Positions 56,835 through 60,892 of a stretch of 60,892 nucleotides of DNA are shown here, one piece after another. The stretch's first letter is position 1; the number at the start of each line of letters is the position of its first letter. The translations under genes were made by a program, and so were the position numbers. The notes under the pieces are model-generated. The model saw only the letters and a program-made list of their open reading frames with translations. It was not told where the DNA came from and searched no databases. The DNA is taken from the NCBI GenBank assembly GCA_964429865.1, contig CAYSDK010000001.1, positions 1 through 60,892 of the forward strand. Direction: 5' to 3'. Source of the DNA: an uncultured bacterium (GTDB lineage Bacteria > Methylomirabilota > Methylomirabilia > Methylomirabilales > CSP1-5).

Positions 56835-58634
56835 ATGGGCAACGTGAGGCGCCCCGGGAAAAAAGATGCTCAACTGCCTCGCTTTATCGAGGGAAGGGCC
56901 GAAGAGGTCCAGGAACTCTTCGGGGTTCCGGTCCCTATACTGCCGGAAGGTTCCGAGGCTACGGGAGACCAACCCGCCTTCCTCGTCCAGCTCCACCCCG
57001 GCCTTCAACCCGCGTTCCTGAACTTCCTGGGAGCGATCGCCCGTTCCCTGACCGAGAGCGTCGGAGAGCCCCGGGAGTCTCAACAGACCGAGTGGGCTTA
57101 TTTCCAACTCCTGCTCCAGATCACCAAGAATATCATCGAAAACGAGCGGCGCTCTGGACTTCTGAACCTCTTCTGGCTGGCCCATTCCAAGGAGGTCGCG
57201 GCCACTGTCCACGAGTACTTCAACCGGGAAGGGATCCCGGCGTATCTCAAGTACCAGATGCACCCGCTGGTACGCGGTTTCTACCGTCTCCTCCATCGGT
57301 CAACCTGGCACCATTTCTCCAGCAGCGCCGCTCAAACCCTGGAGTACAATCTCGGGACCCCGTTCAACAGTCGCCTGATGGAAAGCCTTTTCGAAGATCA
57401 ACTCCCCCTCACCGAGTTGGATATGCCCCGCGTGAACCTCGACGGGGTGCTGATCCCGCAAAACCGGCGGTTCCGTCTCAGCGGGGAGGAGTTCAGAGAG
57501 TTGGCGAATATCCTGCGTGACCGGATTCGCCAGGGGATCATCAGGCAAGAGTACCCGCTGCTTGATCTGGTGAAGGCCCATCTGCCGACCCTGGACCCGT
57601 CCGCATATGATCAGGAGGCAACCCGAGTCAAGATGATGTTTCACCCGACCATCGTGACGTATCTCCTTACGGACTACGACGAGACCCACGGGCGGCTCAC
57701 CGCCTCATCCACCCTCAAGGCGGCTCGGGACCGCCGTGGCGGATGGCAGCATCTCTTCCGGGATTACCTCGATTTTGTCCAGGCTGTGCGGCGCTCTGAA
57801 GTTATCCACCGGCTCCGGAGCGAGATCGCCCTGATTCCTGCGGGGTTCGTCGAAATCGATCTCAAGAAGTACTTCGCCGAGGGGCGGCTGTTTCAATTTT
57901 CCGAAGCCACCGAGATCGTCCAGAGTGCGCGCAAGGTGACGATCCTCTTTGCGGACCTTCGGGGTTTTACCGCGGCCTCGGAGGGTGGGATCTCTGAGGT
58001 TGAACTCTCGCACTCCCTGTATCCTGTCTTCGACCCGGTGGCCGGCATCGTCAGGCGCTTCAAGGGGCAAATTGACAAATTCACCGGTGATGGGGTGATG
58101 ATCACTTTCGGCACCGCCCAGGCCACCCCTGAGGACGAAATGAACGCCCTCCGAACCGCCATTGCCATCCAAGAGGTGGTCAAGGACCTCCAGGCGCAGG
58201 GAAGGATGTCTTACCGCATGGGAATCAGCCTTCATACGGGTCGGGCCCAGATCAGCCGCTTCATCCGCGACGAAAAGTCGGTCGATACCACGGTCATCGG
58301 CCGCCATGTCAATATCGCCAGCCGTGTCACGGGCTCTGGGAGCCGCCCCTGGGAACTGGAGGACGAGACCACACCCCAGCGCGGCAATGTGGATCAAGAC
58401 GTCTGGATCGATCGGGAAGGGATCCTGTACAACTGGGGAATTGCAGCGACTCAAGAGCATGTGGAGGTGCTTCGGCCGAGTGTCCCCTGGCAGGTGGAGG
58501 AAGGGAAGAGCGGCACCCGATATACGTACTTCGACCCGGAACTCCAAAAAAAGATCTTGATCGAGTATGTGGGGGATGCTAAGTTGAAAGGTGTCGGGCG
58601 GGCGCAGCCCATCTATCGGGTGATCACCGCTTGA
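56835..58634 (+). CDS. class III adenylate/guanylate cyclase domain protein with a ~365-aa unrecognised N-terminal domain
   Basis: C-terminal cyclase motifs VTILFADLRGFT, FTGDGVMITFG, GISLHTGRA and VIGRHVNIASRV. No family was recognised for the N-terminal part. No obvious SD. Confidence 0.75.
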   Translation: MGNVRRPGKKDAQLPRFIEGRAEEVQELFGVPVPILPEGSEATGDQPAFLVQLHPGLQPAFLNFLGAIARSLTESVGEPRESQQTEWAYFQLLLQITKNIIENERRSGLLNLFWLAHSKEVAATVHEYFNREGIPAYLKYQMHPLVRGFYRLLHRSTWHHFSSSAAQTLEYNLGTPFNSRLMESLFEDQLPLTELDMPRVNLDGVLIPQNRRFRLSGEEFRELANILRDRIRQGIIRQEYPLLDLVKAHLPTLDPSAYDQEATRVKMMFHPTIVTYLLTDYDETHGRLTASSTLKAARDRRGGWQHLFRDYLDFVQAVRRSEVIHRLRSEIALIPAGFVEIDLKKYFAEGRLFQFSEATEIVQSARKVTILFADLRGFTAASEGGISEVELSHSLYPVFDPVAGIVRRFKGQIDKFTGDGVMITFGTAQATPEDEMNALRTAIAIQEVVKDLQAQGRMSYRMGISLHTGRAQISRFIRDEKSVDTTVIGRHVNIASRVTGSGSRPWELEDETTPQRGNVDQDVWIDREGILYNWGIAATQEHVEVLRPSVPWQVEEGKSGTRYTYFDPELQKKILIEYVGDAKLKGVGRAQPIYRVITA

Positions 58635-58658
58635 CGGTCCGCGAAGGCGGATGGTACG

Positions 58659-59144
58659 ATGAAACTTACCTTATGGGCACCGTGGAGGATGCAGTACATC
58701 GTGGGACCGAGGTCCGACGGATGTATCCTCTGTGAGAAGGCGAACGGCAAGGAAGACACCACAAATCTGATTCTGGCCAGGGGGTCCTTCACATACGTCC
58801 TCATGAACATTTACCCGTACAACTGTGGTCATCTGATGATCGCTCCGTACCGCCATCTCGAGTCCCTGGAGAAGCTTTCGGTCGAGGAAAAGGGGGAGAT
58901 GCTTGCTTGGGCATCGACGAGCGAGCGCATCCTCCGAGATGTCTTCCACGCCGAGGGGTTCAACATCGGGATAAACGTGGGAAAGGTGGCGGGGGCGGGG
59001 ATCGATGACCATCTGCATATGCATGTGGTTCCCCGCTGGAACGGGGACACGAACTTCATGCCGGTCCTGGGCGAAACCAAGGTGATTCCGGAGCACCTGG
59101 AGGAGACGTACGCCAAGCTCCTGCCCTATTATGGGGCACCCTGA
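58659..59144 (+). CDS. HIT-family nucleotide hydrolase/phosphorylase (Ap4A phosphorylase/GalT-like branch)
   Basis: Histidine triad DDHLHMHVVPRW, plus the N-terminal LWAPWRMQYI and CILC motifs. Confidence 0.85.
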   Translation: MKLTLWAPWRMQYIVGPRSDGCILCEKANGKEDTTNLILARGSFTYVLMNIYPYNCGHLMIAPYRHLESLEKLSVEEKGEMLAWASTSERILRDVFHAEGFNIGINVGKVAGAGIDDHLHMHVVPRWNGDTNFMPVLGETKVIPEHLEETYAKLLPYYGAP

Positions 59145-59162
59145 GGGAAGAGGAGAAGAGCA

Positions 59163-59648
59163 ATGCTGATCCGGATGACCGTCCGGGGGATCGCCCTTGA
59201 TCCGATCACCAATATGCCCATCATCATTCTCAAGGACGTGGAGGAGAAACGGGCCCTCCCCATCTGGGTCGGGATCTTTGAGGCAAACGCTATTGCCCTC
59301 GAGCTTGAGAAGATCGCCACCCCGCGGCCCATGACCCATGACCTGATCAAGAACATTCTCGACGGGCTGGGGGCCACCGTGCAGCAGATCGTGGTCAATG
59401 ACCTCAAGGACAACACCTTCTTCGCCGTCATCGAAGTCAACTATAACGGGAATATGGTGAGTGTCGACGCCCGACCCTCGGATGCCATCGCATTAGCACT
59501 GAGAGTGAATGCGCCGATTTTCGTGACGGAGAAGGTGGTGAGCAAAGCCAAGAGCATGGACATCGCCGAGGAAAAGGAAGAGACGGATCGGTGGAAAGAG
59601 TGGTTGGAGAATCTCAAGCCCGAGGATTTTGGCAAGTACAAGATGTAG
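59163..59648 (+). CDS. bifunctional nuclease family protein (DUF151/BFN)
   Basis: [30 protein letters not shown] and [13 protein letters not shown]. Acidic C-terminal tail. Confidence 0.85.
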   Translation: MLIRMTVRGIALDPITNMPIIILKDVEEKRALPIWVGIFEANAIALELEKIATPRPMTHDLIKNILDGLGATVQQIVVNDLKDNTFFAVIEVNYNGNMVSVDARPSDAIALALRVNAPIFVTEKVVSKAKSMDIAEEKEETDRWKEWLENLKPEDFGKYKM

Positions 59649-59675
59649 TCTGCTCCCGAACTGTACCGCTGTCAC

Positions 59676-59703
59676 GGCCGCGCCCCTGCGGCCCTTGTTT
59701 TTT
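59676..59703 (+). terminator. candidate intrinsic terminator
   Basis: Stem ggccgc (59676-59681) / gcggcc (59688-59693), followed by cttgtttttt. The stem is short. Confidence 0.5.
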
Positions 59704-59771
59704 CAAGGCCCCAATAGGGGTGTAGGGGAGGGGTTTTCTGGGTGTCCGAAGCCTTATGCTAGTTCAGTGTT

Positions 59772-59823
59772 ATGTAAATTGCGTGAGCAGTTTACATAAT
59801 ACTTCTTATGCGACGTTACATAA
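59772..59823. repeat. AT-rich inverted + direct repeat cluster between convergent genes
   Basis: Inverted repeat atgtaaa (59772-59778) / tttacat (59791-59797). The direct repeat ttacataat occurs at 59792-59800 and again at 59815-59823. Confidence 0.7.
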
Positions 59824-59824
59824 T

Positions 59825-60520
59825 CTACCGCTCAGCCACCCCCATCAACTCCTCGGCCCGGCGGCCCCATGAAGTCCCGCCGTACTCGTCCGCGATACGA
59901 CGATAGACTTCAACCGCCTCGGGCCGGCGATCAAGGTGACTTAGCGACCGGGCGAGCCCCAGGAGCGCTTCAATGCTGAGACTGGAGCCCTTGTACCGTT
60001 CTCCCAGTGTACGAAAGATGGCCGCGGCGTCTTCATACCGTCCCTGGGCCTCTAGCGTGTACCCTTTGCCGACGCCGGCCAGGATCACCCACGATCCCGC
60101 AGGATACTGCTCGAGATACTCCTGATACGCCTGGAGCGCCTTTTCCTGCTCCGCTCTCTGATAAAAGATGTTCCCCAACTGGAGCAACGCCTGCTCCGCC
60201 GCCTTCGAGGAAGGGTACTCCTTCCGGATCTGGAGGAGTATCGTTTGCGCTTCTTCCAGGCGCCCGCTGCTTGCCTCTGAAGCTTTGCCCCCCTCCGTTC
60301 CCTTGAGCGACGCTTCGAGACCGGTAAGCGCCGTCGTCATAAACACCTGCGCCGCCTCTTCCTGTCTCGTCCTCCAGGTGTGATACCCCCACCATCCCAG
60401 GGCGGCCGACACAACTGCCAACGCCCCAAGTCCAAGCGGCAGCCGTCGTTCATACATCCGTAGCGCCACGTCCCGGGCTGTCACTCCACTCGCTGTCTTG
60501 GCGCCCCATTTGGGTGGCAT
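59825..60520 (-). CDS. membrane-anchored TPR-repeat protein (YfgM-like architecture)
   Basis: N-terminal TM (LPLGLGALAVVSAALGWWGY) followed by TPR-like helices (AEQALLQLGNIFYQRAEQEKALQAYQEYL...). An alternative Met lies 21 codons in. Confidence 0.7.
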   Translation of the reverse strand: MPPKWGAKTASGVTARDVALRMYERRLPLGLGALAVVSAALGWWGYHTWRTRQEEAAQVFMTTALTGLEASLKGTEGGKASEASSGRLEEAQTILLQIRKEYPSSKAAEQALLQLGNIFYQRAEQEKALQAYQEYLEQYPAGSWVILAGVGKGYTLEAQGRYEDAAAIFRTLGERYKGSSLSIEALLGLARSLSHLDRRPEAVEVYRRIADEYGGTSWGRRAEELMGVAER

Positions 60521-60892
60521 ACAACCCTCACGCTGACGTCGATGCTAGGCCTGGCAGGCGCCGAACTCGCCGCACGGATGACCTGCCCTGATCCTCGATC
60601 GATTTTTCTCTTGTAGCACCTCAGGGTACTTGTGGGCAACTCCAAAGTCGGCTCGCACCGACGCCAAGACATCCTTTCCCATTCGTGGGTGTCATTTCAG
60701 GGGGATTTGTATAGCTAAGCTTAAACTTTATAGAATATAGTATAACTATCTGTTATTATTGTTATGGATAAACATGAGATGACGAGGGTTCACGAAACCT
60801 TCGAGTCGTAAAAGCCTCAGGTGTGCGTTCGATGGCAAGACCAGGCTTGTTGGCTTCCTTGGCCCGCTCCTGGGTTGGAACGGGCCTGGCCG

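Noticed and set aside
60784-60800. A GGTTCACGAAACC hairpin resembling a tRNA T-arm.
   Set aside because: There are no flanking acceptor, D or anticodon arms. It is an isolated 4-bp palindrome, and no tRNA gene is supported anywhere in the window.

Overview
This is a visibly GC-rich chromosomal segment from a Gram-negative-type bacterium (LptE, MurJ and PilT are present). I called about 55 protein genes, and all but two (rpsT and a TPR protein) lie on the + strand. I recognised no rRNA, tRNA, CRISPR array, transposase or prophage. All product calls come from motif and family recognition by eye; no searches were run.

Gene content, in order:
1. A SAM-I (S-box) riboswitch with a terminator/antiterminator switch controls a NIL-domain / ThrC-like / MoaD-like operon. 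A second NIL paralog sits just upstream of the riboswitch.
2. A ~17 kb acyl-CoA block: hbd, crt, acd, etfBA, a fused membrane Fe-S Etf-oxidising oxidoreductase, a signal-less BtuF-like protein, a split B12 acyl-CoA mutase, a thiolase-fold protein that appears to lack the nucleophilic Cys plus its DUF35 partner, a second acd, meaB, CoA-transferase A/B, and a stand-alone homocysteine S-methyltransferase domain.
3. Housekeeping strings with classic synteny: a GT4 + GDE pair, phaR, recA, pilT, alaS, psd-pssA, leuACD, asd, truA, leuS-lptE-holA, rpsT/murJ, a divergent ThDP enzyme + ilvBNC, miaA, aroA-cmk-plsC-rpsA-sppA-ihfB, a class III cyclase, a HIT protein, a DUF151 nuclease and a TPR protein.

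The most unusual signal not explained by genes is a family of in-phase heptanucleotide tandem arrays, similar to cyanobacterial STRR repeats. They fill co-directional intergenic spacers at 10274-10322, 11236-11298, 35708-35828 and 40597-40750, with a mini-array at 20581-20600. One of them is organised as a palindrome of arrays.

Other points worth follow-up:
- The riboswitch operon looks like protein-thiocarboxylate (MetM/MetO-type) homocysteine synthesis, with extra NIL proteins.
- The mutase has Gln where methylmalonyl-CoA mutase has its carboxylate-binding Arg.
- The thiolase-like/DUF35 pair appears to lack the catalytic Cys.
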